A DNA stretch of 64,000 nucleotides. Origin: Ophelia neglecta. Taxonomy: Eukaryota. Both the position numbers and the translations under genes were made by a program. Of the stretch, positions 35,576 through 50,700 are shown piece by piece. The stretch is taken from the NCBI GenBank assembly GCA_965285935.1, contig OZ260663.1, positions 97,960,001 to 98,024,000 of the forward strand, given 5' to 3'. Within the stretch, counting starts at the first letter, position 1, and each line of letters begins with the position of its first letter. The notes beneath the pieces are model-generated. The model was not told the DNA's origin. It saw only the letters and a program-made list of their open reading frames with translations, and did not search any database.

Positions 35576-38500
35576 TCACATGTGTATACTAACTCCATTT
35601 ACGGAAAGGTGTTGTTTTGCCACTTCATGGAGAAATTGGTACTGCTTCTACGAAGATAAACGTGTTATATAAGTCGGGTTTCTTTGTCTATCAAATATGT
35701 GTTTACATCATGCTACTAAGATAGCTAATCAAACTATCTAGGTAATCGGTTGCCTGGCTGATTGTCAACATGGATTCTGAAACTAATCCAATATTTGGAA
35801 ACGCTCCTGCATTTGAGCCCAGCTGAACTAGTTACATCGTGTAACCCTATGCTTCTTCGCGATTTACTCTAGTTCTCCTCAGCCATATCAGTGGTAGCTG
35901 TTGGTCAGAGATGGCCAATAATTGAGAGATTGTACAGTTTCAACACGGTTGAATGATATGATTTGCTGGGCTATTTTCTAAGAAACGCGTAGTTACAGAA
36001 TGAAAATTTACCACAGTGTTAACGAACTGCGGCCTACTGTTGAAGACACATCTAACAGATAAGAAGACGTCCACTTCCTCTTCTGCTCTCATTTTCTTTA
36101 TCATGTAGATGGCAGCACAGACGAGACCTGAACGGGCCGCACCGTCCCTGTGGCAGCCAAATTCGAGATACAAAACTTATTAATGTACAATGAATGTTGT
36201 ATATTCAAGACATAATCTACACTATTAGACGCGCGTCAATCATTTTATATTTTACTTATTTCAAGATCTCCGTCCACACAAAGGTCTAAAACATCAGACA
36301 ATTTATAAATTTACTTTTGCTTAATGATAAGACATACATGCAATGCATCAGAAGAAAATTAGTATCCTGTTCTTTTGCAGATCTCTCCACGTTTTCAATC
36401 AGATCAAGCAGTGACTCTACTTTAGGAAAATCATCGGAAGTGGGCCAATCTAACAACTGGATTTGTTTGACCATCAGTGGCTCCTCTGCTTCCTGAAAGA
36501 TAGAAGAAATAAGTCTCGCAACATGCTTTATTCAATGAAATAGCTCTAAATTTCGTTTTTTTTACCGTAGTTGGATTGAGACCTCCCGGTTTTGTATTGG
36601 TAATTTGGAAGTCTCTAGTCAGAAGTGGGCCGTTTGTGGTTGAGGACATAAACTTGATTTCAAGGTCTCCATGGCTTTGTTTGGGTTCCTCATCAAATGG
36701 CCAATACACTGTACACTGCTGAAAAATAGTAAATAAGTAAAAAGACTATTAAATATTTTACCAGTAAATTACTTATTGAATAATAAATCAAACCTTACGG
36801 ATATTGTGTCCGATGATTTAAGCTACCTCGTCATATCTATGATTTGTGTCCATGACATAACCTTTCTCGTCATATCTTTGATTTGTGTCGATAAAACCAT
36901 GATGTTTTATAACATAACATTCCTCGTCATATCTATATTGAGTTACCCACCTCGTCAAATTTATGACCTGTGTCCGATGATACAACCTACCTCGTCATAT
37001 ATATGATTTATGTTCCTTGACATAACCTACCTCGTCATATCTATCCAGATGATTAAGCATGACGACAGTCGATCGTCGATTTTGGTAAACCAGCCGCCAG
37101 AAATCCTCCACGGTGTTTTTAAGTGGCATCTGTGTGACAATTATGCCACGTACACTATCATAACTCTGGCAAGGAAATATTCGTCTTAACAGTATAACAA
37201 TACAAATATACATCGATCTACTTCATTCTGTTAGGATGTTAATATCTAATGAATTAACACGAATACAGATTCTAAATTGAATTCCTGTTTTTCAGACTTT
37301 GTTCAAGACGTACATTGACGTATACGGCGTTGATGTAGGTGTTTTCATTTTCTTTCGATGGCATCAAAATGGGTCTCATTCTGTCATCTAAGACAAAATA
37401 AGAATAGTTAATTATGCAATAATTAAACCTCCATGGCTACCGGTTTGTATAGCCATAAAGACGTAGTCATTCTGAACATACAAGGATTATTCAAACTTCC
37501 CTGATAATAACATATACAAAACCAACCGTGTGGAAAATACCAGACATACAAACATCAAAAGATCTTTGCGTTTTTAAGAAGTACTGAGTTGGTTTAGTCA
37601 ACAGTTTCCCATTTATATAGTTTTTCTGGAAATTTGACTTCGAGGACTATCTAATGAGCCGCGCAAACAGCCATGTATGTTATTATCCGTACGGAAGCTA
37701 TCCTGTATGTTAGGATTCTTTCCGTGGCCGAAAGAATAGCGCGGCCGTCTCTAAAGAACTGCTGGTTAATTGATGCCGCAAATCCAAGTCGAAGGATTCA
37801 TGGTTCTTATCTCGCTCCGGTCAAATTACATGAAAAAACTTGTTTAAACCAGCTCAGGATATCTTAAACACAATTCATTTGACTAACAAATATACCTGTA
37901 TTACCCTAAATCTAAACACTTTCTTTCATACCGGAATAAGTGTGGACAAACCAGGTAAATTGGAATAATTCTGAGCACAATTTATATAGTGGATCTAGTT
38001 TGAATATATACCGGGAAGGATGTCAATAGTCCTGTTCTTGTCAAGATGTTGGTCGTTTCCTCCTTCAATGTTTCCAGCAGAAACTACCGGTCTCAGTCCT
38101 TGCAATATCTGTACTCAATAAGTAATTTAATGATATTATCAAAAAGAATGAGTTCCACAAAGACAATGAAGACTCGCCAGACACAAAAAGTCCTGTGATC
38201 CATAAACTAAAAAATAAATGCAACTAAAACAGCGAAGAAAGAAATGTGAAAATAGAAGAGTACATTGAATTGATCATTTAGTGGACAAGACCCCATTTCG
38301 TCCTCAGTAATAAGTGCAGTCATGCGCTGATGTAGTTCAGTAGTTGGGATGGCAGTTTCGCCGATAGTAACGGTCTCTAACAATGCCAAATATACAAACT
38401 TGTACTGCTCCTACAAATAATAACAAAATGAACTTACTGATATTTTTAATGGAAAAATATTGATTTAATTTCAGCCGGGTATCGCATCTCGTTTTAAATA

Positions 38501-41500
38501 ACAACGTAAATAGAAATATTTGAACCAGTGTTTGAATCATATTTATCCTCTCAGTTCTCATTCTGTTGACGACGTTGACCACGTCAACTTGACACTCCGC
38601 CTTTGCCTGCTGCAGCAAATAATCGAGGGCGATGAAGGCACCACTTCTTCCAATACCAGCACTGATAAAGAACGATCATTCAAAATGTGCACATTTCATT
38701 TTCTAGCTTGGTGTAATTTTGTTGTGTTTGATAAAATGAAACAGCATCCATATTGAATATTATAAGAATCAAACATACATAAACGTTTATATTTTAAAGA
38801 GTGGATGTTTATACATGTTATAAAAGACCAGTTTAACACGAAATGGCCATCAATGGGAATAATAACGTTACCTGCAGTGTATTACCATAGGACCTCTGCT
38901 GACATTGTCTAACGACCTGACCTTCCTCCGGAAGGCGAGTAGTGGGTAAACGTGTTTTGGGACCGACTTATCAGGCCAACTTATGAATTGGAGATGTCGC
39001 ACTGTCCTAGATTCATCCTGATCAATTAATACATATAAATGGTAAATAGATGTATCCAATGAACGGACCTTTAAGCGCCAAAAGATTAAAAATAATGTGC
39101 TTTGCCTTTGCTGAGGATCTAAAATCCTCAAATACCAAATATATCACTTCATACCCACAGATTGAAATCCACAAGCTTGAAAGATTTCACTCTATTTATA
39201 CATTTTCTTATAGAGTAACATACCCCGTTGGTGATATTCAACAAGCAAAATGCGTAATCAGTGAATTTATTTCTCTTCATGGTTCTGATATTAAACCCCC
39301 CAAAGCTCACTTCTTCGCCAACTTTTTCAGACCAGTACTGGTGACTCTTTTTCTGAAATGTTACAATTTCGTGTCCGTTTATAGCAAGGAATATCATTGT
39401 TATGTATAAGACATATCAACTGCACAAATTACCTTACACTGATCACAAGTAATCAATGGCGTATTACTACCCTGCCGTTTTCCATCGTCCGTGTTAGCAT
39501 GATTATTCTATTGGCCTTGATCTGCCATATCATCTTCCAAAAGTCATCGGTGGTGTATGGAATTGGAGCTGAGCGACAATGAATTCTTAATCAGATTTCT
39601 ATCTTTGTTTCATGAGGTAACGAAAAATAAACTAAGCGCAACATTCCATTAAGACTTAAACGTTTCATGTAACACGCACTTAGGTTAATCATGCAAAGGC
39701 TGTACCTTGAGTAGCAACATAGAAATTCGGCTGCTTCTTATACCCCTAAGGGAGGGAAATTAACACAAACGTTTAAAACGGTCATTATTTAGATACTGGT
39801 TCATGAGCTCGGCAGACACTTAAATGCTGAACTGCAAAATATTGATCAACATCATTTAATTAAGTCCAACTCACAGTGATATAGTTAGCATTGATGTAGT
39901 CAGAATCAAGGGACACATTTTCTACCTCTAGAAAAACCCTCGTGGAATCATCTTAAAAGACGGAATTGGCTTAAAACAACAAACTAACAATGATTCAATC
40001 TTAACAATAACAAGTGAGTATAATGAAGTAAGATGATAATAGAGGGTATATATATGTTGTATCTTAGTAAACCAAAAACCACAGAAACCTACAGGCTTTG
40101 ACGTTCATGAACCTGTTCTTCCGCTTGTTGAAAGGTTGGTTAGCTGCGATAGAATCCGACATTTCCTGAGAAGGTATCCCCTGCAACATAATATATGGAT
40201 TATCAAACAATAGAAACCACACAAGAAACAACACTTGCTGTAAAGTCACATCTCCGCAATGACATGCTCATAGCCTTGAATAGCCAAAGCAGCTGGCCAA
40301 TGCTTTCGGATAGTACCCGCTAATTTGATTCATTTAATGTTTTTCCTGTGGTGTCTTATGTAATTATGGGTCTGTTTATACATGTTGTATAATGATTATT
40401 ATTCTTGATATAAACCAGATTTAGGACAGAGAGAAAATAAAACTAATGGAAACTCACGCTAAATTCCACGTGGAACTGACCATCGATATCCAGCTCTTCA
40501 ATGTATGACTTCAAATCCTCGATCTTAACGGTAGTTCTGCGATTGGCGTTAGTAGCTCCAGCTTGCCTTGTACTGCTGATGATTGGCTTGAAACTGTTGA
40601 CCCGTGTGAGCCCTGTAATGCTCGCTCTCTCGTTGCTATCATCCATGATTGAAGTTCCTTCGTCAAGTGGCTCAGAATGCAATTCATTCTCAACTAAGTG
40701 AATAAACCCCGTGCAATTTAAACTTCTGTCTTGATGCAACAAGCCCGTCTTTAGAGTTAGCTCTCTGCTTAAGACTTGTTACGTATACGTGTTCTGGTTA
40801 TACCGTTATGTAAATCGATGATGAGAAAAAACTAAAAATCTTAAACTCATGTATGTTGGGGCACTGTTTTATCGAACTGTTTCTTTTGGGCATTCTTTGT
40901 TTTTTTCTAGTAATATGAAAATTTACTATCGTCGTCATTTGTTATTACATTAATAAGTAGCTTAATGCAATCATTTTAATCATTGAATTTACTACCAAAA
41001 AGGTTTAACCATCTTCATTGAAGGTATACATATCTGGGCACATTACCTCCTGGGCCAAATAAGATCAGTTATTTCTTTTTGCACAAATGTCTTACTTACC
41101 TGGACCTAGAAATGAACATGGTCACTGCCACAATGACAAGTATCAACAACAGAGAACACCCTATTATTGCTAACTTCTTCCGATTAGGTCCTTTCTTTTC
41201 GTTTTTCTCGGCTGTAAGTAAAGAAAAATCAACATAGAATGGAAAGAAACGATGTTATTCGAAAACACGGTATATGCTCCTCATTGGTATAAAGTGTAGT
41301 CCAATAACAGAAATTTTCATTTGATACTAAAGACATTTATTTATGTCGAGCATTAAATGTCTAATTGCTTCATATAGATTTTTTAACACTGGTTTACATG
41401 AGGCTGTAATGTGAACAATAATATTTCGCATCGCACCTGCTTTCATGTAATTTATATCGAGCATATTTTGATATATTACTCTTTAGGGTAGTTCTAGCTA

Positions 41501-42756
41501 TATCAAATTGAATAAAGTATAATCATTATCAGTAATAAAATAGTCTCTTGATGAACTCAATTTATTCATTGACAAATCCAACCTAGAGAGGTTATGGTTT
41601 CATGGTCAAGGTGTTTCACTTACCTGCTGTGAAGAAATTACTATGATAAGTAGTCACAAATGAAGACAAAATCAGGCCAGAAACTAAAGACAAACGTTTA
41701 TAAAAAACCTCTGACAAAAACGACTGTTCCAATCTGATAATCTATTTTGGGTTTAACTTATTTTAATACAAAGATATCTTTTTGTGTTTCCTCTATGATC
41801 ATTGATTCTGAAAAAAATGCCATTGCAGAGGAATAGTTGCGAAACAATCTCCCACGGGAGGCCAGTCGTTAGAGATTTATTTACGAAATATAAGGGCTGG
41901 TTAATTACGTCAGCTCATTGTAGCTACTCTAGTAAAACTATGTTTATTTAGACTCTAACGTATTGTTAACCCAGATTTAAAATACCAGTTACCCATTGAT
42001 GTATTTCTCGGCCTGGCCTTTAGAGCAACGGTGAAACTTATATACTTTGGTGTTAGATTCTTGATACATTTCTTAATAGGAATAATTAAGTGATGGAATA
42101 ATCACATATGTCACACGGAAAGTGGATAATCAATTTGGTGTTACGTATTGCTCTTTTCCCGTATACCTCTACTTCACAGAGAATGGTGTCAAACTCTTCA
42201 TGGCGCTTTAACACCACCTTACTTCCGATCATTTCTGTTGCACATGTCACTTCGCTGAAGTTAGGGTGAGAGTTGTTGGCCATTTCGCTAGACTGGCATT
42301 CAGCATTACTGATCGCATCAGTGGAGTTTCCAACCAAGACGATGTAATTATTTAGTCGGTCTATGAATTTAACATATTTATAATATTACTAGAGTGTTTC
42401 AATTTTTCCCTTATAGTAATTGTACGCTTAAGTTCTTAAGATGATTTTGGATGAAACATGATTCAGCATTATATTCTTTCGAGGTAATGCAATACATTTT
42501 TACTATTGGTTGCCTTAACTTTATTTAAATGTATTTAACTCGCATTAAATGGAAAAATTGTTACCTCCTTTCAAGCTATACACCAATACACTAGAGATAC
42601 GATAATGATGCACACGATCCACCATCCACCATACTTGGCCGCTTGAAGACGATGGGAAGGAGCATATCCGATCGGAGGTATCGCCATCGACAGCCCATGA
42701 AGCTTCCTCGCTGTACCTGCCACTTTGTATCGCTGGTTTCCCTTTACCAATATTGT
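35576..42756 (-). CDS. Copy D: F-type lectin domain receptor-type protein tyrosine phosphatase (FTLD-TM-PTP D1-PTP D2), multi-exon; first exon(s) not identified
   Basis: Exons: 42565-42756 and 42145-42360 (FTLD); ~41624-41683; 41100-41212 (TM); ~40830-40906 (donor uncertain); 40458-40694; 40093-40180 (KNRFMNVKA); 39876-39951; 39706-39745; 39471-39568; 39223-39352; 38872-39018 (WPDK..IHC); 38526-38660 (SAGIGRSG, MIQT); 38264-38407; 38012-38108; 37315-37387; 37031-37165; 36566-36718; 36338-36493; 36012-36147 (DGAARSG); 35576-35647 (stop). No in-frame stop seen in the exons read. Confidence 0.82.
36800..37045. repeat. ~40-bp degenerate tandem repeat derived from an exon/intron junction of copy D
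   Basis: About six copies of ACCT(AC)CTCGTCATATCTAT, which is the reverse complement of ATAGATATGACGAG|GTAGGT. Confidence 0.75.
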
Positions 42757-44295
42757 CTGGAAGTGTTTAGAAGGGAGATATATCCTTTATTTAATATTCA
42801 ATTATTTTAAAGCAAAAATGTATAAAAAGAGACACCGAAATATTTTCAGTAAAATTGCCTTATAAATCAGGTCAAAAAAGATGTACGTTGACAGCCAACA
42901 TAACAATGACACCACCTCCTTGCTGAAAGTGTTAATGGTGCTTTACTGAAGAATTAAATATCAAAGCACACTATGATGGCAAATCAGTTATAAATGTCAA
43001 AGCACTACTGTATCTTAGGATAGTAGTCACTAGTGTATAGAATATTTATTGGTGTGTTCGGTATTTGACATACGCCACTCGGCGAAAGTAGTGACAAAGT
43101 CAAAAGTGGAGGCAGAAGCGGAAGTAAACTAGGGGAAAACTTCCGCCCTAGTCGCACTATTTCGAGGGGTTAATTAATCAGTCCCAATCTTATGCCTTTA
43201 TTTATTTGTCGAAACATATCTTCTGTTATGGTTATAAGCCCTATGGTTAGTAGGTGTTTTTTCATAGTCCATGTGTAAATTTCGCAGAAGTCTGGTTATA
43301 TTCTTTAGGACGCATCATTAGATAAGTGGGGAGGGGTAACATTACTTTAGAAGAGAATGTTCATTTCATATTTCTTGTCGAAAACGTGCAATTGTTTCTT
43401 CAAGCTTTGCGACTAACATTTGAAGAAGGACAAACTACTTTTCAGAAGTTGAGAAGGAAACCTTTTGTTCTCGAGGCATTGGAACACAAACCTGCATTCT
43501 GACGTCGTCTCTCTCCCCCCCCCCCTACACACACGTATATCCCCCCCCCCCCTCCATGTTTGTTATCATGCGTCCCTTAGTTTACCAAGGGCGACTATGA
43601 ACGACCACTTTTCAAATTTATACTTAGACGGCACATGGACAAAGAGAAAGAAGACAAATTGGCATGAACTTTTACCCAAAAGTGTAAAGGAACACGACAT
43701 TTTATCATTCTTTCAATTGCAAATGGGTGTCAGATTTTAGCACTTACACAGATGCAGGGGCTCAGCTCACTCACCCACATTTTGTAATAGGTTCACGCAT
43801 TTCGTTCTCTGAGCTTGGATCACAATAATCTTCTGCCCCCCCCCCTTCACCCCACCACATATATCCATGCACTCCACCCCCTCACCAATGTAGCGGGATG
43901 TGAGTCTGTGTGTTTACCCAAATGTATGGGCGAAACACTCACCAACGTTTATTTAGTAATATGTTCAGTGCATACATATGCGCTAGTCACACACGTTAAT
44001 CTTGAACATGTTTCCTCAACGATAAATTATTCGCGTTTATTAGTTGATATAAGAATTGAGCATACACTATATGGTGTTTGATGTGGCGACAACTCTGGGT
44101 CCAAGCCAACTAAACAGGGACTCTTTTATTTATATTCTAGCAAAACAATGCTGATATCTTATCTTATTTTAGACAGGAGTAACTTGAGCATCGCCCACTA
44201 ATAGTATAACCAATATCGCTTGCAACCCCATATGCAGTGAGCTGTTCTGGCATAATGTTCTAGAGTTAGTGTATGAATAGGTTTGTATGTTTTGT

Positions 44296-44476
44296 GGGGG
44301 GGGGGGGAGAGGGGGGGGGGGCGTGTTTGGCAAAAAGTATAAGGTCTGCTTTGAGTGTGTGAGACTTCGGAAAGTATTGGTCAATATAGTAAATATATAT
44401 ATATATATATGTATATATGTGTGTGTGTGTATAGTATATACATATATATGTATATTTATATATACATATATATACG
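44296..44476. repeat. Poly-G and (TA)n/(TG)n microsatellites
   Basis: Directly visible. Confidence 0.8.
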
Positions 44477-46149
44477 TGTTGAAAAAAATATTCAATTGAT
44501 CGCCAGCGACCACTTTATTTCCCAGTAAGAAAAGTGCTCGATCAAAATGACATAACTATGTGAAATAATATCTTGAATACTAGTTATAAGCCCAAGTCGC
44601 TTCCCTGACCCTGTAAAGGTACATCGTGGCCAGCACATTTCATAATAAATAACGTTTAGACTTAGTTACGGGTAGAGGCACTCACTTAGTTTCCGTGTCG
44701 ATGTGATACCGAAATAATCAATGAAATTGTATAAAATAAATCATGATGCTACAACGAATGATCTGACACAAGTACATTATACTTATAGATGTCGTACAAA
44801 TCAGAATATATTAGAGAATTCTTACCGAAACCATCAAAAAATATCCCACAAACAACCAAACCAAACAGCAGGGTGTGAATTACGGAGGCCATGTTTCTCT
44901 GCGTTGAACTTTTCGACTGAATGTCGTTTGCCGATAATACGTTGTCCAATCATTGTATCCAATTCATCGTTTTTTTTGACGTAGTACAGAGAGATAAGCT
45001 TGATATATGTAAAAGACTAGGCACGGGAAGTGTGCTGTGTAATGCTAAACTTCCTAATAACCGGGTACACAAACATGATTAGTTTAACTTACTGTGCGCT
45101 CAATGCTGTTCACATATTGCCACAGTTTGTGCGGTCGGCTTATAAAACTCTCTGGGTCACATCAATTCAATGCAGTTTTGACTATATGATTGGTTTATAA
45201 ATTAATGTTCCGACCTGAAGGGGAGGTCCTACGCGTGTTTCTTTACTTGACTTAAAAGTAGGATGTCTTCTTGGTACTTCTAATAATATAAGATTATGGT
45301 GCTTATGTGGCGTTAAACCCCGAAATCCCAAAATCCAATTCTCATAGTATAAGAGTTATGAATACAGACCACTTATCAGGTGATTATTTCTGTAAATGTA
45401 CAGGTAATATTTGGCGCGGTGTTTCCGATGACGCATGGTTAAAAAGTGATTCTCGAAGGAAACCACTTACGAACGCACTCACGATCATTTCCGAATATAT
45501 GTCCGACACGCCATAGTTCTAAGCCAGCTTTACCGACTACACATAATGACATATTGCTATTTGATCCAACAGTAGAGATAAGCTCGAATGAAATGCTGCT
45601 TTTTCAACGCAATGCGTGATCGCCGATCTCTTCTCATTTTCATTTATGTTATTACAGGGCTCGATTACTATACGTGTATGTACTATGTGACATGAGAAGT
45701 AATTTGCAGCCCCAAGATAATTTTTATTTTCGCCGATTGAAAAATATGAAGACTTTGTTACACTCATGCAAAATACTACTATAAAGATAGTTTACGATGT
45801 TTTGAAGCTTATAAAACACCACATATATTGCCAATAAGAAATAAACAGATAAATATCACTTCTATTACTAACAAGGTATAAACAGAAATTCTCCAAAGTA
45901 ATATTTTAAGAAATCAGTTGCTACACACTCTCTAAATATATACGTTCAGGTGTCGAGTGTGGTTAAGTCAATCACTTTCCACCTTCGCAAAATATCGTGT
46001 ATCCGAATATTATTAAACACAGGATCCACCAAAGGACTTTCCATTGCTATGTTTCGACTGGAATACAGAAAGTCCAATTTGAGTGGCATGATGCGTGAGT
46101 TGTCCTCTATTATATCCTTGATAAATATGAGAAATAATATGGGGACGAT

Positions 46150-46466
46150 GATTGTTATTATGGGTTTCACGTGGCTTTCAACACTTATCTGGTCATATCG
46201 CCACGGTGCCTACTTGTGACAGTGGCCCAATGCCCTCTTTAGAGTGCTGTCTCACTGGAGTACCTGCCGTAGACACCAGACAGGGAACCCCACCCAGTCA
46301 CATTATACTGACACCGGGTTGACCAGTCCTGATACTACCCCCGAGATACTGGGCGCCTGGCAGGGGTGCTGTCAGTACCTATTTTTACGTCTTGGGTTTG
46401 ACGCGATCGGGATTCGAACCCCGATCTACCACTCGCGAGGCGGACATCCTAACCACTCGGCCACGC
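46150..46466 (-). mobile_element. tRNA-derived SINE with a Meta/MESC-like central core, nested in an L2 remnant
   Basis: Minus strand has A-box TGGCCGAGTGG, B-box GGTTCGAATCC and core GGACTGGTCAACCCGGTGTCAGTATAATGTGACTGGGTGGGG. GGACGATGA occurs on both flanks. L2-like coding remnants lie at 45950-46130 and ~46510-46600. Confidence 0.8.
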
Positions 46467-47736
46467 TTTGGTGGACGATGAAAATGAAAAAAAAATTTGG
46501 GGGACGATGAAAGCTGCTGCGGTGCGCAAGCCTATACTGGACCGTGAGTGGACGTCACCCCATCACCAACACTCTGCTGTCTACTGGCCAGAACGTTCCC
46601 GATCTATGTAAAAACCTTGTCTTCAAAACAATAGTAGTTCATTTTTGAAAGATAACTTTCTATGGGGGACTAGATTAAAAGCTTTTGGAAAGTCCAATAA
46701 CGCCATGTACGTTTTGCTTTAGTTGTATAGCTCTTTAGTTAATAGTTTTTTTTGTCTCGTAATGTGTTTTTGTATATGGTCTTTCAAATTGTTTACATTT
46801 TGTGCAGGCAAAAACTGCTTTTCGATTTAATTTGTTTGGGCTCTTAGTCTGAATTTAGGAGTTTAATATGTTAACTTGGTTTTATTTTTTCTTGTTTGTA
46901 CTTTATTATATTATAGTGACTTTCTGTAGTAGTAGGATATTATCCTTCAATCCAGCATCTGAACGATTGTAACAAGTACTACATAGATACTATAAAGGTA
47001 GACTTAGGTCCAAAGGTTGGTTTTATCACGAGTCACACCAAACGTCTAACGTAAGCTTAGGAATTTATTGAAATTTTCAACTGCTTACACATCAATTAAG
47101 GAAACAATACTTTTATGCAGATTTGTGTATTGGAAATGTAAGCTTAGTTATCAGAATATATGATGAGAGCTCTGTGAGATGAAAGTGTTTTATTAAACTT
47201 TATATTGTCACCATTTACTGACTTAACCATCAATCATTTTTGAAATTTGATTTGCCTGTATGTAGTAGTAACTGATTGCTGGCAACTTATTTAAATAAAA
47301 TAGTTACTTTAAAATGCTTTGGGAATCGCAAATTGCAGTATAAGCGTACAAACTAAATTTATGATCATTGTCCAAATGATAAGTTAGGATATACTTAGCT
47401 ATCATAAAAGAGTTGATAACATTAGCTACACTGCTTCCATTTGTAAAAGCATATTAGTTCAAATTAGACAAACGTGTATAATGAAACGATATTTTATGAT
47501 TTATGTAACATTCCTCATTCAAAACGACATAATTTTAGAATTATTACATAAGTTGCTTTCGTTACTTTTCTGGATACAATGATTAATTACTAATTTGATT
47601 AAGCAAGCAACTGTCATGCTTTGTTTTATAAATGCCAGCTAAAGAAACATTGTTCAAATTGAAAAAAACATTCAGACTGTATAATTAGACTTGCTGGTGT
47701 GCATATTCATCAATCTTTCCTGCTCCATAATATCAT

Positions 47737-50700
47737 TTAAGATTCAGTTGATGATAGATTGACTCCATACGTGGAAACATATTCTCTTGCAACCTCATGG
47801 AGGAATTGGTACTGAACCTATCAATAAAAAGTCTTTACTTAAGTATGTTTTCTTTTTTTCTAATAAAAGTATTCTTATACCATTCTGGAGTCGGAGGCAA
47901 CCCGATACCCTTGCTACCAAAACCACAGCTTCAAACGCTTTCCTTTCAATAAGGTGTTGCTTTTCGTAACGCACATAACAAAGGGTTTCATACTAACCAC
48001 GCTGTTGACGAATTGGGGCCGACTGTTGGAGACACATCTGGCGGCCATGAAAACGTCTATTTCATTGTCTGCTTTCATCTTTTTTACCACATAACTTGCT
48101 GCACAATATACGCCTGAACGTGCTGCCCCGTCCCTGAAAGCAAGCATCCATCAAAATGATTTGCAAGTGTTCAATACATACGAGAAAGCAAACGTTCTTA
48201 ATTTATGTGATTTAAAGATGTGTTTTTCACTTAATGAAAACAATATTTAGATTCAGACGTCAACAGAAACAAAACTGTTTTTTATATTACAAATGTGAAA
48301 AATGAAAATCACACATAAAGCTTACAGGCAATGCACAAGAAGGGGGTCGTCCTTCGTCGAGCGATGCACGTTATCAATTAGATCTAGCAATGATCCAATG
48401 TTTGGAGGTTCATTAGTATTTGGCCAATCCAACAAATGGAGTTGTTTAACCATCAATGGTTCTTCTACTCTCTGAAGAATCAGATGAAACACGCGTGTCA
48501 AAATTATAAAAATAAAAACAGAACAATGCAGTAATCAAGTCCCCATATATTATGGTTATTATGAAGATTATTACCGCCTTGGTCTTGGTGACTAGGAACT
48601 CTCGGGTCTGTATAGAGCCACTGTTATCAGATGATAAGAACTGGACCTCTAGGTGTCCATACATATGCGTTGGTTCCTCATCATTTGGCCAATACAATTT
48701 ACACTGCTGAAATGTCATGTGTTGACAAATAATGTTAACAAATAATGTTCACATTATTATCTAACCTGGAATAGTGTCATTATAATTAAATGAAAAATTT
48801 AGTGATTCAATGAGGTATTTAGGGGAATTTACTCTGTAATTTGGAGTTTTCTTTCCTTAAGTTTAAGAACTGGGGATTGATATTTTTCTGGCCCTATAGA
48901 TGACAGAATTAAAAGATAATTCCTGATCAATGCATTTCAACTGTCTGTCGGGTATCCATTCCTGTTTTGTACCTCATCATATACATCAAGGGGATTTAGC
49001 ATGATGATTGTTGCCCGTCTATATTCATAAACAAGTCTCCAGAAATCATCGACTGTGCTTGGAAGTGGCATCTGTGTGACTATTGTGCCGCGTTCATCTA
49101 GGTAATTCTGCAGTTTAGTAAAACAATTAATATAATAAATATACAGATCCATGAAAAGTTTAGATATTGTTGTGACTTGCATTTTACAAAATCCAGAATT
49201 TTGATTACTATAATTATAAGTTTTCCAATGAAAAGTAGTTTGGTGAAACCTACATCCACGAACACAGCGTTTATATAAATGCTGTCATCCTCTCCCGATG
49301 GCATAAGGGTAGGTCTTACTCTGTCATCTTTGAAAAGTAAATCATACTATAATCTGCATTTCTCTGGCAGTCGATAATCGTCAACGAAAGATATGAATAC
49401 GAGCAAAAAGCGAAATTACCAGGAATAATAGCATTACTCCTGTTTTTATCCACATTAATTTCGTTTCTTCCTTCAGCGCCTTCGACACGCCTTCCTGGTT
49501 TTAATACTTGTAACATCTGTTCGAACATACAAAACATGTACTTTCGAATAATAACAAATACATTTAGATCTATATAAACCAAACTGCTAAACTAACAATG
49601 CTTTTTAATCTTACAGGAAAGAAAAAAATTAAATAAACGTGTGATTTAGAGATATTATTTTACATTGAACTGATTATGTATTTTGACCGATCCTGTTTCG
49701 TCCGGGGTGGTCAGTTCAGTTAGTCGATGTTGTATCTCACTAAGAGATATTGCTGTGACGCCAATTGTATAAGCCTCCAACATGGCAGTGTGCACAAACC
49801 TATACTGGTCCTATAAAAAAATCAAATAGATCTCAATGAGGCATATACGCACGCATATCAATTATCTTTTAATTAAAAATAACGATAAACAAGCCTAAAT
49901 AAACGTGGATAAACATAATTAATAAGCAATCTGGAAAAGATTATGTATATACATAAAACTAAATACATTGATTGTACCAGTGTTTGAACCATGTTCATTC
50001 GTTCTTTTCTCATCTGATTGACAATGCCAAGGACGTCAATCTGCGACTCAGCCCCGGCCTGCTTTAACAAGTAGTCCAGAGCAATAAACGTCCCCGTGCG
50101 ACCTATTCCAGCGCTGGTAAAACATGGACACGTATCTTAAAATGTTATATATATATATATATATGACACCGGTTTTTATTACTCTTGTATTGAAACAATT
50201 ATTTTAATACCTGCAGTGCACTACCATGGGGCCATTGCTGTCGTTGTCCAAGGACCTAACCTTTCTCCTGAAGGAGAGCATAGGGTAGGCGTGTTCCGGG
50301 GCCGACTTGTCAGGCCATCGAAGGAACTGGAGATGTCGCACTGTTCTTATTTCATCCTAAACATATATAGCTAATTGGTTAAACTTACAACTGTCTACCT
50401 AATATATAGTTAAGAAGATTTCTTAAAACTTGAATATTTTAGGACATTGACATCTAATTGATGGTTGGAATTAAGAATGAAAGTTGTTAGTTATAATATA
50501 ATATCCACTGAAATGTAAGGTGGAACGACATGATTATTTTCTATTACGTTCCTCTTTTATATAACCTACCCCTTTGGTGATATTAAGCAGGCTAAACGCG
50601 AAATCAGTGAATAGGTTTCGTTTCATTGTTTTGACCTTGTAATCCCCAAATGTTAGTTCTTCTCCAGTATTTTCTGACCAGTATTGTTGACACTTTCTCT

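Noticed and set aside
44686-44765. Candidate first exon of copy D (good GTGAG donor)
   Set aside because: No open ATG-initiated signal peptide in the required phase.
46395-46466. tRNA gene
   Set aside because: The A/B boxes continue into a SINE core and tail, and there is no proper acceptor stem. The same lack of an acceptor stem applies to 11238-11298.
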